A stretch of DNA of 41,538 nt from Bdellovibrionota bacterium (lineage in GTDB: Bacteria > Bdellovibrionota_C > UBA2361 > JBGSMV01), in assembly GCA_044356455.1 (NCBI GenBank), contig JBIKWF010000030.1:1-41538 (forward strand), written 5' to 3'. Below the pieces are notes generated by a model, which saw only the letters and a list, made by a program, of their open reading frames with translations, made no database searches and was not told the DNA's origin. A program made the position numbers and the translations under genes. This document shows, in pieces, positions 7,310 to 16,077 of the stretch; within the stretch, counting starts at the first letter, position 1, and each line of letters opens with the position of its first letter.

Positions 7310-9961
7310 ATGTCCAGTCTCTTTTCACGTTTTGAGCCCGCGCAGTATCTTCCGTATCACTCCAATTTTATCGACGTTGACGGTGCGAAACTGCACTATT
7401 TTGACATTGGGCCACGATCAGAAGAGGCGATCTTGCTGCTCCATGGCAATCCCACGTGGAGCTTCTATTTTAGAAACCTGATGCGCGAGCTCGCGGTACA
7501 TCACCGCGTGATTGTGCCGGACTATATTGGCTGTGGGTTATCTGACCATCCGACAGACAGGTTCTACCGCGCAAAGGAGCGGGTTGATCATCTTGAAAAA
7601 CTTCTTAACTCCGCAGGGGTAACTCGGTTCTCGCTGGTGATGCACGATTGGGGTGGTCCTATTGGTACCTCGCTCGCGCAGCGGCGCGTGGAGTCCGTGG
7701 GCAAGCTTGTCTATCTCAACACGACACTTACTGAAACAGAGCATCTCCCAGGGTTTATTCGAATGGCAGCCCATCCCTTGGTCGGGCGCTATATTACCCA
7801 GAGGTCAAGGCGTTTTCTGAAATTGATGCTTCGCTTTGGTGTTCATAAACCTCTGCCCCAAGAAATTCAGCAGGGATATTTATTCCCGTATCAAACGGCG
7901 GCGCGCCGAAAGGCGATTTGGGATTTCGTGCAAGATATTCCCTTTGATGCGCGCCATCCGAGCTACTCTGAGTTGATGGAGGTGTCTGAAAAGCTGCCGC
8001 TTCTTCGCGAAAAGCCAGTCCTTATTTATTGGGGACTCCGGGACCCCTGTTTCCATCGCAGCATGCTTACGCAGGTTAGTCGGCACTTCCCGCAAGCTGA
8101 GGTAGTGGAAGTCGCAACGGCTTCTCACCTTGTGCTCGAGGATGCAAACGAAGAGGCCTGTCAAAAAATTGGAAGTTTCTTAAGAGGTGAGGAGCAAAAG
8201 TCGAAATCTCTTGGTGCTTCCTCCGCGGAACGCGCGAGCGTCCCTCAAACCATCTCTGGTTCTGCCTTGTATCAGTCTGCCGCTTTGTATGCGCAGTCCC
8301 ATCCTGAGCAAGAAGCTCTTACCATCGTCGAAGATCAGCCGGCGGCGGCGAAGGCGCTCGTGGGCGGAGGCGATCAAGAGCCGCTGCGCTCGGCGCAGAT
8401 GACGTTCTCAGAGCTTTTTACCCGGGTTCGTCAGTATGAGCGGGGGCTCGCCCAACTCGGATGCAGTTCCGGAGATCGCATCATTTTGCTTGTTCCGCCG
8501 GGGATAGAGTTTCTCGCCTTAAGTTATGCGGTCATGGGGAGAGGTGCTATTCCGGTGTTTCTTGATCCAGGGATGGGGCGCGAAAATTTGGTGCGTTGTA
8601 TTGCAGATATCGCGCCCTCTGGATTTATCGCAGCGGCGAAAGCCCATCTTCTGCGCTGGCTTAAACCCAAGGTGTTTAAGGGGCTGCGATTCTCTGTGGC
8701 GGTAAGCGAAATTCCAATTCCTGGTGCATATGGAGTTGGTTTTCTTAAGCGCTTCTCTCCTCAGCCTCTTGCGCCCGCCCTTCGCAGTCCTTTTGATGCG
8801 GGGCTGATTGCGTTTACCTCTGGTGCTACAGGCACGCCCAAAGGTGTTGTTTTTACGAACCAGATGCTCACGGCCCAGATGAAGATTTTTACCTCCTCTC
8901 TTGGCTTGGTGCCCGGTGCTCGGGATTTACCTCTGCTTCCTGTTTTTGCGCTCTTTAGTTTGGCGCTAGGGGTGGGGAGTGTGTTTGCTCCACTTAATCC
9001 TGCAAAACCCCTGGATCTCGATCCAGAGATCATGGCTCGGATTATTACTCAGTTTAAGGTTAACTCTTCGTTCGGCTCACCTACCTTGTGGAGCAAAATT
9101 GCAGAGTATGTCGTGCGGCATCATACCTCGCTTGGTTCTATCGAGCGCATTTATATGGCGGGAGCTCCCGTACCTCCGCGAGTGCTTGCGCTCGTGCAAC
9201 GTGCCGCCCCGCAAGCCGTAGTAGCGACGCCCTATGGCGCGACTGAGGCGCTGCCGGTCACTATGGTAAGGGCAGCCGAGCTCACTAGCGAAAGTGTGAT
9301 TCCTGCGTTGACGGGCGAAATGGGAACTCCCGTGGGCTCTCCTGTGGAAGGTGTAGAGGTGCGAATCATTGAAGCCTCTGACCGAGCGATTGTTTCTATG
9401 GCCGAGGCGAAAGTCTTGCCTGCGCTTACCATTGGGGAAGTGGTCGTAAGAGGCAAGAATGTAAGTCCTGCCTATTTGCATAGGCCCGATGCGACGCAGG
9501 CTGGCAAGATTAAGGACGGGGAAAGCTTCTGGCATCGGATGGGTGATACCGGTTACTTGGATGCTCAAGGCAAGCTCTATTTTTGTGGCCGAAAGTCTCA
9601 CGTGGTGCGCTCGGCGGATCGTTTCTATTACTCCGATCCTGTGGAGCGAGTATTTAATGAGCACGCCAAGGTGCGCCGCAGTGCCTTGATCGGTGTGCGT
9701 GGAGGATCTGAGGCAGCCGTTGCAATTGAACCGCTACCTGAATTTTTCCCGGCAGGAACCAGAGAACGAGAGGAATTTGTGGCAGAGCTTAGGGCCCTCG
9801 CGAGGAAGACCCCGCTCACCTCGCAGATCGAAAAATTCTATTTTCATCCGAGTTTTCCCGTAGACGCTCGGCACAATGCGAAGATCTTTCGCGATAGATT
9901 AAGTGTCTGGGCTCAGAAACAGGCGGGCGAAAAGGGGCCAGGGGGAGAGAAGGTTTCATGA
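7310..9961 (+). CDS. oleBC: fused OleB (beta-lactone decarboxylase, alpha/beta hydrolase) and OleC (beta-lactone synthetase, ANL family)
   Basis: N-terminal LHGNPTWSFYFR, HDWGG, WGLRDPCF, SHLVLED; C-terminal FTSGATGTPKG, PYGATEALPV, WHRMGDTGYLD, CGRKSH and FPVDARHNAKIFR; one uninterrupted 883-aa frame. Confidence 0.92.
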   Translation: MSSLFSRFEPAQYLPYHSNFIDVDGAKLHYFDIGPRSEEAILLLHGNPTWSFYFRNLMRELAVHHRVIVPDYIGCGLSDHPTDRFYRAKERVDHLEKLLNSAGVTRFSLVMHDWGGPIGTSLAQRRVESVGKLVYLNTTLTETEHLPGFIRMAAHPLVGRYITQRSRRFLKLMLRFGVHKPLPQEIQQGYLFPYQTAARRKAIWDFVQDIPFDARHPSYSELMEVSEKLPLLREKPVLIYWGLRDPCFHRSMLTQVSRHFPQAEVVEVATASHLVLEDANEEACQKIGSFLRGEEQKSKSLGASSAERASVPQTISGSALYQSAALYAQSHPEQEALTIVEDQPAAAKALVGGGDQEPLRSAQMTFSELFTRVRQYERGLAQLGCSSGDRIILLVPPGIEFLALSYAVMGRGAIPVFLDPGMGRENLVRCIADIAPSGFIAAAKAHLLRWLKPKVFKGLRFSVAVSEIPIPGAYGVGFLKRFSPQPLAPALRSPFDAGLIAFTSGATGTPKGVVFTNQMLTAQMKIFTSSLGLVPGARDLPLLPVFALFSLALGVGSVFAPLNPAKPLDLDPEIMARIITQFKVNSSFGSPTLWSKIAEYVVRHHTSLGSIERIYMAGAPVPPRVLALVQRAAPQAVVATPYGATEALPVTMVRAAELTSESVIPALTGEMGTPVGSPVEGVEVRIIEASDRAIVSMAEAKVLPALTIGEVVVRGKNVSPAYLHRPDATQAGKIKDGESFWHRMGDTGYLDAQGKLYFCGRKSHVVRSADRFYYSDPVERVFNEHAKVRRSALIGVRGGSEAAVAIEPLPEFFPAGTREREEFVAELRALARKTPLTSQIEKFYFHPSFPVDARHNAKIFRDRLSVWAQKQAGEKGPGGEKVS

Positions 9962-10959
9962 GACCGGGAACCTATGTGGTGACGGGTGCAGGTGGTTTTG
10001 TTGGCCGGGCGCTGAGCCTCGCATTACTCTCCGCTGGCGTGAAAGTAATTGGCATCGCCCGCGGTTCGTACTCAGAGCTGGTTGCGGCGGGTGTGGTTAT
10101 GCATTCCTGCGATCTCAGCACGGGGGGCTCAGGTCTTGCAAAAATTCTTCAAGGCGCCGAGGGCGTGTTCCATGTCGCCGCCAAGGTGGATATGTGGGGC
10201 GCTTACGACGACTTCTACAAAACCAATGTGCTTGGGACGGAAGCGGTTATTTCAGCGTGTATGGAAGCGGGAGTTCCGAGGCTTGTCTTTACGAGCAGCC
10301 CGAGTGTCGTCGCCGATGGTAAGGATCTTGTAGGCGTTGATGAGAGTTATCCTTATCCCTCCTCGCATATGGCCTTCTACCCCGCTACGAAGGCAATTGC
10401 CGAGCGCAAAGTTTGCGCGGCGAATCGCGAAGGAGTCCTCCATACGGTGGCGCTTAGGCCGCATCTTATTTTTGGGCCGGGCGATAACCATTTTGTTCCA
10501 ACAATTCTTGAGCGCGCGAGAAAGGGACGTCTTGTGCAGGTAGGCGCCGGGCAGAATCTTACGGATCTGACTTTTATTGAAGATTGCGTAAGAGCGCACC
10601 TGCTTGCCATGGAGGCGCTCGATCTAAGTCCTACGTGCCGGGGTAAGGCTTATTTTATTAGCCAAGGCGAGCCTGTGTCCTTATGGGGCTGGATAGCTGA
10701 GGTGCTTAACCGAAGCGGTCTTCCGCCCGTCAAACGGCAGGTTCCGGCAGGGGTGGCGATGGTACTTGCCAAGATTCTTGAGTGGGGTGCTCGCAAGCTA
10801 CCCTGGTCACCGGAGCCGCTGCTTTCAACTTTCCTCGTTTCCCAGATGGCGACCAGTCACTATTTTAATATCTCAGGGGCGGGGAGAGATCTGTCTTTTT
10901 ATCCAAGATTCTCTATGCGAGAGGCTATGGACCTTACCTTTCCAGAGGTTCGCAAGTAG
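9958..10959 (+). CDS. oleD: OleD, extended SDR 2-alkyl-3-oxoalkanoate reductase
   Basis: VTGAGGFVG, HVAAK, YPATK (YxxxK), LRPHLIFGPGD; ATGA overlap with oleBC. Confidence 0.92.
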   Translation: MRPGTYVVTGAGGFVGRALSLALLSAGVKVIGIARGSYSELVAAGVVMHSCDLSTGGSGLAKILQGAEGVFHVAAKVDMWGAYDDFYKTNVLGTEAVISACMEAGVPRLVFTSSPSVVADGKDLVGVDESYPYPSSHMAFYPATKAIAERKVCAANREGVLHTVALRPHLIFGPGDNHFVPTILERARKGRLVQVGAGQNLTDLTFIEDCVRAHLLAMEALDLSPTCRGKAYFISQGEPVSLWGWIAEVLNRSGLPPVKRQVPAGVAMVLAKILEWGARKLPWSPEPLLSTFLVSQMATSHYFNISGAGRDLSFYPRFSMREAMDLTFPEVRK

Positions 10960-11023
10960 CAGGCTCTTTGCAACCCTATCACCCAAGCCAAACAAGTTCC
11001 CTCTTCTTTGAGTTACCGCTACG

Positions 11024-11049
11024 GCCCCTCCTAAAAGGGAACGAGGGGC
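11024..11049 (+). terminator. hairpin downstream of oleD
   Basis: GCCCCTC ... GAGGGGC 7-bp stem about 65 nt after the stop codon; no U-tract. Confidence 0.3.
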
Positions 11050-11102
11050 TGTCAGTGGCGGCCTAGTAAAAACAGGCAGATAGCTCGTGCGGCATCTGAT
11101 TA

Positions 11103-11123
11103 AAACGCAAAATATTTGCGTTT
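11103..11123. repeat. 21-nt palindrome, copy 1
   Basis: AAACGCAAA-ATA-TTTGCGTTT with perfect 9-bp arms; 19/21 identical to 12073-12093. Confidence 0.7.
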
Positions 11124-11189
11124 GGCTGAAGCACCGTTTGCGCGTGTGCGGACATGAATGGTGAGTATCCCGTGATACGGGGGGTAGCT

Positions 11190-11315
11190 ATGAATGACAC
11201 GCGCACCAAAAAGACTTGCCAGCGAAAAGCGACAAGAAAGTCGATGCCTCGGTGTTTGGCGAATCGGATTATTGCCGTTGTGGTTCTTGGGCGTGGGGAG
11301 GTGAGTTATGCGTAA
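11190..11315 (+). CDS. putative 41-aa leader peptide overlapping the Crp/Fnr gene start
   Basis: MNDTRTKKTCQRKATRKSMPRCLANRIIAVVVLGRGEVSYA; G-rich stretch upstream; the stop overlaps the next gene by 8 nt (ATGCGTAA). Below the ORF-track cutoff. Confidence 0.3.
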   Translation: MNDTRTKKTCQRKATRKSMPRCLANRIIAVVVLGRGEVSYA

Positions 11316-12006
11316 GGCGCAACTTCTTTCCGCCGCTCCCGAGCTTGTGCCACATGAGCAGCTTGTGAACTGCTTTCCCTTTCTTAGTACCGAGGAGATC
11401 TCTACGTTTCGAGATTCCGGTGTCGCGAGAGTGTTTCGTCGAGGAGCTATTCTCAGTTCGCAAGATTTTCCCCAGGGGCAGGTACATGTGATTTACCAGG
11501 GCAGGGCAGAGTGCTTTAAGCGAAAGGGCATGAAAGTATTAACCCTCGGGACTGTTGAGGCGGGTGACATGGTCGGGGATGTCGCGGCCCTGCTCGCGCT
11601 GCCTTCTCCAGTTACCGTCAGAGCAGTAGAAGTAACGAGAGTCCTGTCGATAGAGACTCAGAAGTTTCGAGAGCTGATTGATTCCTTAGCGGGCCTTCGG
11701 GACATGCTTCTAAAGAAGCTTTCTCGGAATATTCTCTTTCTAGAGTCAAGACTCATGTGTTTGCTTTCTGATTCTGTCCCCATGCGACTGCTTCAAGCGC
11801 TGCAAGATCTTGAGGAGCTGCCCGGATCTGAGCCTCCTTGTCGTATCATTCCTTCGCATGTGGCTCTTGCGCGCGTAGTAGGTACCTCTCGGGAAGTAGT
11901 AACACGTTCCTTGAAGCTACTCGTGCAGGAGGGGCGTATCCTAGTCGTAGGGAAGCGCGTGTTTCTAACGCCGGGGTCAAAGGCTGGTGTAGCTCAGAAT
12001 GGGTGA
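11308..12006 (+). CDS. Crp/Fnr family transcriptional regulator
   Basis: cNMP-type barrel (VEAGDMVGDVAALL...VTVRAVE) and HTH SHVALARVVGTSREVVTRSLK; strong RBS GGAGGTGA. Confidence 0.88.
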   Translation: MRKAQLLSAAPELVPHEQLVNCFPFLSTEEISTFRDSGVARVFRRGAILSSQDFPQGQVHVIYQGRAECFKRKGMKVLTLGTVEAGDMVGDVAALLALPSPVTVRAVEVTRVLSIETQKFRELIDSLAGLRDMLLKKLSRNILFLESRLMCLLSDSVPMRLLQALQDLEELPGSEPPCRIIPSHVALARVVGTSREVVTRSLKLLVQEGRILVVGKRVFLTPGSKAGVAQNG

Positions 12007-12072
12007 GGCCAAAGGACTTGATTCCTCAGATCTAACGGATTGAAAAGCGTTGACCTTTGCGGGACTTCTGGC

Positions 12073-12093
12073 AAACGCAAAATAGTTGCGTTA
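12073..12093. repeat. 21-nt palindrome, copy 2
   Basis: AAACGCAAAATAGTTGCGTTA, same orientation as 11103-11123 and 970 bp downstream. Confidence 0.65.
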
Positions 12094-12117
12094 CGCGCAG
12101 CGGAGCATTCCTTTGGC

Positions 12118-12687
12118 CTAGTGCCAGCAATTTGAGCATCGGATGCGAACATTGAGAGGCGCCCCGCGCTTTATTACGGAGGATTCTTTAAGGGTGTAAG
12201 TCCCGCTTTGTCCTGGTTCCAATGCTTCAGGACCTGACATGGCAACGCTATTGCTTAGCTTTCCAGGGATGGCGACATCAACGACAATTTTGTTGGCGCG
12301 AGTGCGGCCTACATTTTTAATTATCGCTTCGCCCGCACTCACACGCGTGAATTGTCCACCGAGTTCAAGTTGCCAGGTGGGATCAGAGAGCACCCTAAGT
12401 CTTGTAAGCTCAGGAGAGGCTTTTTCAGAAGGACCAGAGCCGGGCGGGGAAGATTCTGAAGGCGTCGCTTGGGAAAGTTGGTCTTGTCCGGAAGTTTCGG
12501 GGAGCGCTGGTTCCTCCCTTATGCTGCGCGATAGTGGCTTAAGATTGAGGGCTTTCGCCTCGTCGTTGCAGGGAGTGCTGGTGTACTTTCCGTCGCAAAG
12601 ATAAACATCCGCGCTTACTGAGAGCGGACAGAAAATCCCAAGCGAAAGAGCGAAGAGAACACTACGGACTGAAAAATGCCTGGACAT
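12118..12687 (-). CDS. exported DUF4124-like protein with a C-terminal Ig-like domain
   Basis: Signal peptide ending SVSA, then DVYLCDGKYTSTPC (DUF4124-like), a Pro/Ser linker, and a beta domain with IKNVG and ALEPGQSGTYTL ending CSNC. Confidence 0.7.
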   Translation of the reverse strand: MSRHFSVRSVLFALSLGIFCPLSVSADVYLCDGKYTSTPCNDEAKALNLKPLSRSIREEPALPETSGQDQLSQATPSESSPPGSGPSEKASPELTRLRVLSDPTWQLELGGQFTRVSAGEAIIKNVGRTRANKIVVDVAIPGKLSNSVAMSGPEALEPGQSGTYTLKESSVIKRGAPLNVRIRCSNCWH

Positions 12688-12979
12688 ATCCCTAGGCTAC
12701 TCTAAGAGATTTATGGGGCCCAGGCCCTTTCTGTTTCCGTTTTTGCGGTTTTTTTGTGCGGGAGGGCTTCTTTTCAAATTAACCAATGAGGAAAGAGAGG
12801 TGCGCATAAGCGTATCAGGGATGGAGATCCTTCGGATGCTTCTATTCGCATGCTGGACGCTTTGTCGTATTTGTTTCGGCACTGCGAGGACGCGGCGCCC
12901 TACCGAGGAAAGCTCGGCAAAGCTTCTGCCGAGACGGGGTCACGAGGTGCGAATAGAAATGGGTTTCCTAGGAGATTCT

Positions 12980-13507
12980 TTAGCTTTGCCGCTTTTGACG
13001 TGTGCCCGCTCTTTGACTCTTATCTCTCAAGTCGCTTCGCTCAAATCTATCCTGTCCGCTGGTGATCTCGTCGCTGCGCTCTTTAGGACGCCTCTCGCGT
13101 TCTGCTTTCCCCGTTTGCTTTCTGTTAGAATTCCTATCGGGGGGAGGGGGGCTTGATTCTATGGGGATAGGATTTCCTATCGGCTGCGCCTGAATCGGTG
13201 AGCCGTTTGCCGGGGTGTTAGCGGGAGTTCCGGAAGCAGGTGTGGGTGAGGGGGATTGCAGCGAAGGTGCTTGAGAGGCAGCTTTGGCGCGCGCCTCTCG
13301 CGCTGCTTTTAGTATCTCATTTTGGTAGGTGCCGCCGATCTCAGGGCGAGGCGAGGATACAATCGCCGCATCGGAATTCGTGTTTGTTTCAGGAGCCGCA
13401 TTGCCGCTTTCTTTGGCGGAAGAGCGCGAGGGACTTAGGAAGCTATCAGACTTTAGGGTCCCATTGGTTTCAAAAAAGCCCTGACCAGGAGGAGTGATGG
13501 GTGCCAT
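12980..13507 (-). CDS. hypothetical low-complexity, probably disordered protein
   Basis: 175-aa ATG ORF after AAGAGAAC, same strand as its neighbours; Pro/Ser/Ala-rich with a charged C-terminus. Confidence 0.5.
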   Translation of the reverse strand: MAPITPPGQGFFETNGTLKSDSFLSPSRSSAKESGNAAPETNTNSDAAIVSSPRPEIGGTYQNEILKAAREARAKAASQAPSLQSPSPTPASGTPANTPANGSPIQAQPIGNPIPIESSPPPPDRNSNRKQTGKAERERRPKERSDEITSGQDRFERSDLRDKSQRAGTRQKRQS

Positions 13508-13626
13508 GTGTTGTTCTCTTGTAGTTCTTGTAATGGCTTTGAAGCCACATAAAGAATCGGCGAACTGGGCTACTTATGGATATTCTGCCGCGAAATGACC
13601 TTGAGCTTGCGAATTATTCCTAGGGA

Positions 13627-13760
13627 GCCTCTGAAAAACCTCGATATCTTATTTTTCCTCTCTGTGATCTCTGTGTACTCTGTGGTTTTTCAACAATTTA
13701 AATCAACCACAGAGGGCACAGAGATCACTGAGGTGTATTAGGAATGGAGTTTTTTTGAGG
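13627..13760. repeat. MITE/REP-like palindromic element, copy 2
   Basis: 28-bp arms 13660-13687 and 13705-13732 (25/28) made of three CTCTGTGNN units; ends CCTCTGAAAAAC and GTTTTTTTGAGG are 10/12 complementary; just downstream of murJ. Confidence 0.8.
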
Positions 13761-13784
13761 GGATTTTTTCAAAAATCCCAACTT

Positions 13785-15503
13785 TCAGCGGCGCATCTTG
13801 GCCCTTATTCTGCCCATGACGAGACGTAGCTCCTCGATTCTCAAGAGCCACGCGAGTAGCAGAAAGAGAGCCACTGCTCCACTTGATCCAAAGAGAAGCT
13901 GCTGCCAGGAATTCAAGGTTGAGGTTGCATAGGACGCGGCCCCTACGGCAAAAAGCGAAATTACAGCAACGAGGAGTGAGCCCCCCCAAAAATCTCTCCA
14001 AGGAAGAGAGAGACGTCGGCTAAGCAGTACGGCTGCGGCGATAAAGGCTACCCAAGATCCGATACTCGATGCAGCTGCCAGACCGTCGTGCCCTAGCGAG
14101 AAGATGATGCCAAGACTTGCAAATGCCTGCTGGGCCGCTACGAGCGGCGCAAGAGCCCAGGAGGATTCTTGGGCGCCTCCAGAATAGGGAGCGCCCATGA
14201 GTAGCACCGAGGCAAGTACCACGCAGGTTAGACTAAGAATTCCAATCCGAACTGGGGTTTTTGTATCTTTACGCGCGATAAAAGCTCTCATCAGCATTGA
14301 GTGGCAGCTCATTGCCCAAATTCCAAAGGTATAGGCCTTGATGGCCTCTGCCGTCATCAAGGTGGCATGCGCATCAAACGCGCCTCGTTCAAAAACAAGA
14401 GCGGTGAGGGGGGCTGCAAAGAAATAGAGCCCTACCGAAACTGGAATGATTACAAAACTTGTAGAGCGTAGTGCCTGAACGAGCTCTCTTTGAAAGGCGG
14501 TATCATCGCCCCTCGCGCGGGCATGCGAGAGCGCGGGAAGTAGCACTGAGGCGAGTGCGATGGAGAAGATTCCAATCGGAAGCTGTACCAATCGGTCGGC
14601 GTAAAAGAGCCATGAGACACTTCCTGGCTCAAGCACCGAGGCAAAGACCGTGCTGAGAAACATGCCGAGTTGATAGACCGTGGCGCCAACAAGCGCGGGG
14701 CCCATAAGGGCAAGCATTTGTTTTGCTGGTGGCGTAAGAAAAGGCCTTTGGGGAATGAGAGAGAGGCCGCTTCGTTTGAGCGCAGGAAGCTGCGTGGCTA
14801 TTTGCACCATTCCGCCAAGTACTACCGAGGCAGCCAAAACTATGGCAGCAGTCCGTGCTTCGTAGTGCTCGGCAACTAGAGCTCCGGCAATAAGCGAGAG
14901 ATTCATCCACACCTGCGCCATGGCAGCGGTGCCAAAGATGCCTACCGCATTCAAAGCTCCTCCCAGCAATGCTACGAGTGAGATGAATACGACATAAGGC
15001 ATCATCATCTGCGTGAGCTCGGCGCATAAGGCAAATTGTTCAGGGTCGCGTCCAAATCCAGGGGCAATGAGATGGATAACCTGAGGCGCAAAGAGGATAC
15101 CAAGGGCGGTGAGGGTGCACGTAGCGAGGAGCAAAATTCCGACAATTGAACGCATCGCGGCGCGCGCTGCTTCTTTGCTCTTCGCGAGTTCGCTGGTAAG
15201 TACGGGAACAAAGGCGGAGGTCATGGCGCCTTCTGCGACAAAGCTTCGAAGAAGGTTCGGAATTCTGAAGGCCACAAAAAAGGCGTCGGCAATGGGAGAG
15301 GAGCCAAACAAACGAGCGACGAGACTGTCTCGCACAAATCCGAGAATTCGGCTGAGTAGGGTAATCCCACCTACCACCGCGGTCCCGCGCATGATTGAAG
15401 AGGCCTTGGGAGAGGGAGTCTCTTGTGTAGTTGCCTGAGAGGCCTCATCGGCCTGAAGCCCAGAACTAGAACCGTGCAAGTCAGGAGGGCTGTTCATGAG
15501 CAC
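13785..15503 (-). CDS. murJ: lipid II flippase MurJ (MviN)
   Basis: TLLSRILGFVRD, ADAFFVAFRIPNLLRSFVAEGA, YADRLVQLPIGIF, DTKTPV. The start may instead be ATG 15497. Confidence 0.95.
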   Translation of the reverse strand: MLMNSPPDLHGSSSGLQADEASQATTQETPSPKASSIMRGTAVVGGITLLSRILGFVRDSLVARLFGSSPIADAFFVAFRIPNLLRSFVAEGAMTSAFVPVLTSELAKSKEAARAAMRSIVGILLLATCTLTALGILFAPQVIHLIAPGFGRDPEQFALCAELTQMMMPYVVFISLVALLGGALNAVGIFGTAAMAQVWMNLSLIAGALVAEHYEARTAAIVLAASVVLGGMVQIATQLPALKRSGLSLIPQRPFLTPPAKQMLALMGPALVGATVYQLGMFLSTVFASVLEPGSVSWLFYADRLVQLPIGIFSIALASVLLPALSHARARGDDTAFQRELVQALRSTSFVIIPVSVGLYFFAAPLTALVFERGAFDAHATLMTAEAIKAYTFGIWAMSCHSMLMRAFIARKDTKTPVRIGILSLTCVVLASVLLMGAPYSGGAQESSWALAPLVAAQQAFASLGIIFSLGHDGLAAASSIGSWVAFIAAAVLLSRRLSLPWRDFWGGSLLVAVISLFAVGAASYATSTLNSWQQLLFGSSGAVALFLLLAWLLRIEELRLVMGRIRAKMRR

Positions 15504-15517
15504 TATTGAGGCGCGGT

Positions 15518-15877
15518 TTAAGAGCTCGCTACAACGATAACGCAGTTCCAGCTACCGAAAGGATTTTGTACCGAAGGGACGGGTTGCTGGTCGTTTTTCC
15601 ATTCGCCGTCTACCACGAAGCGATACTCATACGACCCGGGGAGCAGGGAGAGCGTGACGGACCATTTGCCTGACTTGTCTCTGGCAAGTGGTGTGGCGGA
15701 AGTGCTCCAATCATTAAATGACCCCGCAAGGCATACGACATGCGAAAGGGGGGCAAAAAATTCAAAGGTAACTGACTTGGGAAGAGCAGGGATCTTTTTA
15801 TCCTCCAAGGCTCCCTTGCCTCCCGTCTTTCCTAAGGAGGCAGGGGGAGCGTCTTTCTTTGCTTTGGGGATACTCAT
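15518..15877 (-). CDS. stand-alone glycogen-binding domain protein (CBM48/AMPK-beta type)
   Basis: VCLAGSFNDW, GKWSVTLSLLPGSYEYRFVVDGEW and NPFGSWN after a Lys-rich disordered N-terminus. Confidence 0.9.
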   Translation of the reverse strand: MSIPKAKKDAPPASLGKTGGKGALEDKKIPALPKSVTFEFFAPLSHVVCLAGSFNDWSTSATPLARDKSGKWSVTLSLLPGSYEYRFVVDGEWKNDQQPVPSVQNPFGSWNCVIVVASS

Positions 15878-16077
15878 GGATAAGTCTCTCTTGGGGAAAA
15901 AGGATACACGCCTTAAGAACTCGCAACAAGGGATTCAGATGGGGCTGTTTGTAATACTGGGAGAAGTTAAATCCTCGTAGGAGCCTTATAACCTGCTTCC
16001 GAATGGCGAGGACTATTGTCTCTTTGGGAGCCTAAAAGCGAACAGGCCCATGTTTCAGGCTATCTGGGCTTATGTGC

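Noticed and set aside
12697..13156. ORFs 12697..12882(-), 12713..13156(+) or a frameshifted extension of 12980..13507
   Set aside because: Alternative frames contain stops and show no protein-like motifs.
1953..13732. CTCTGTG repeats as a CRISPR array
   Set aside because: Short inverted units with no spacers and no cas genes.
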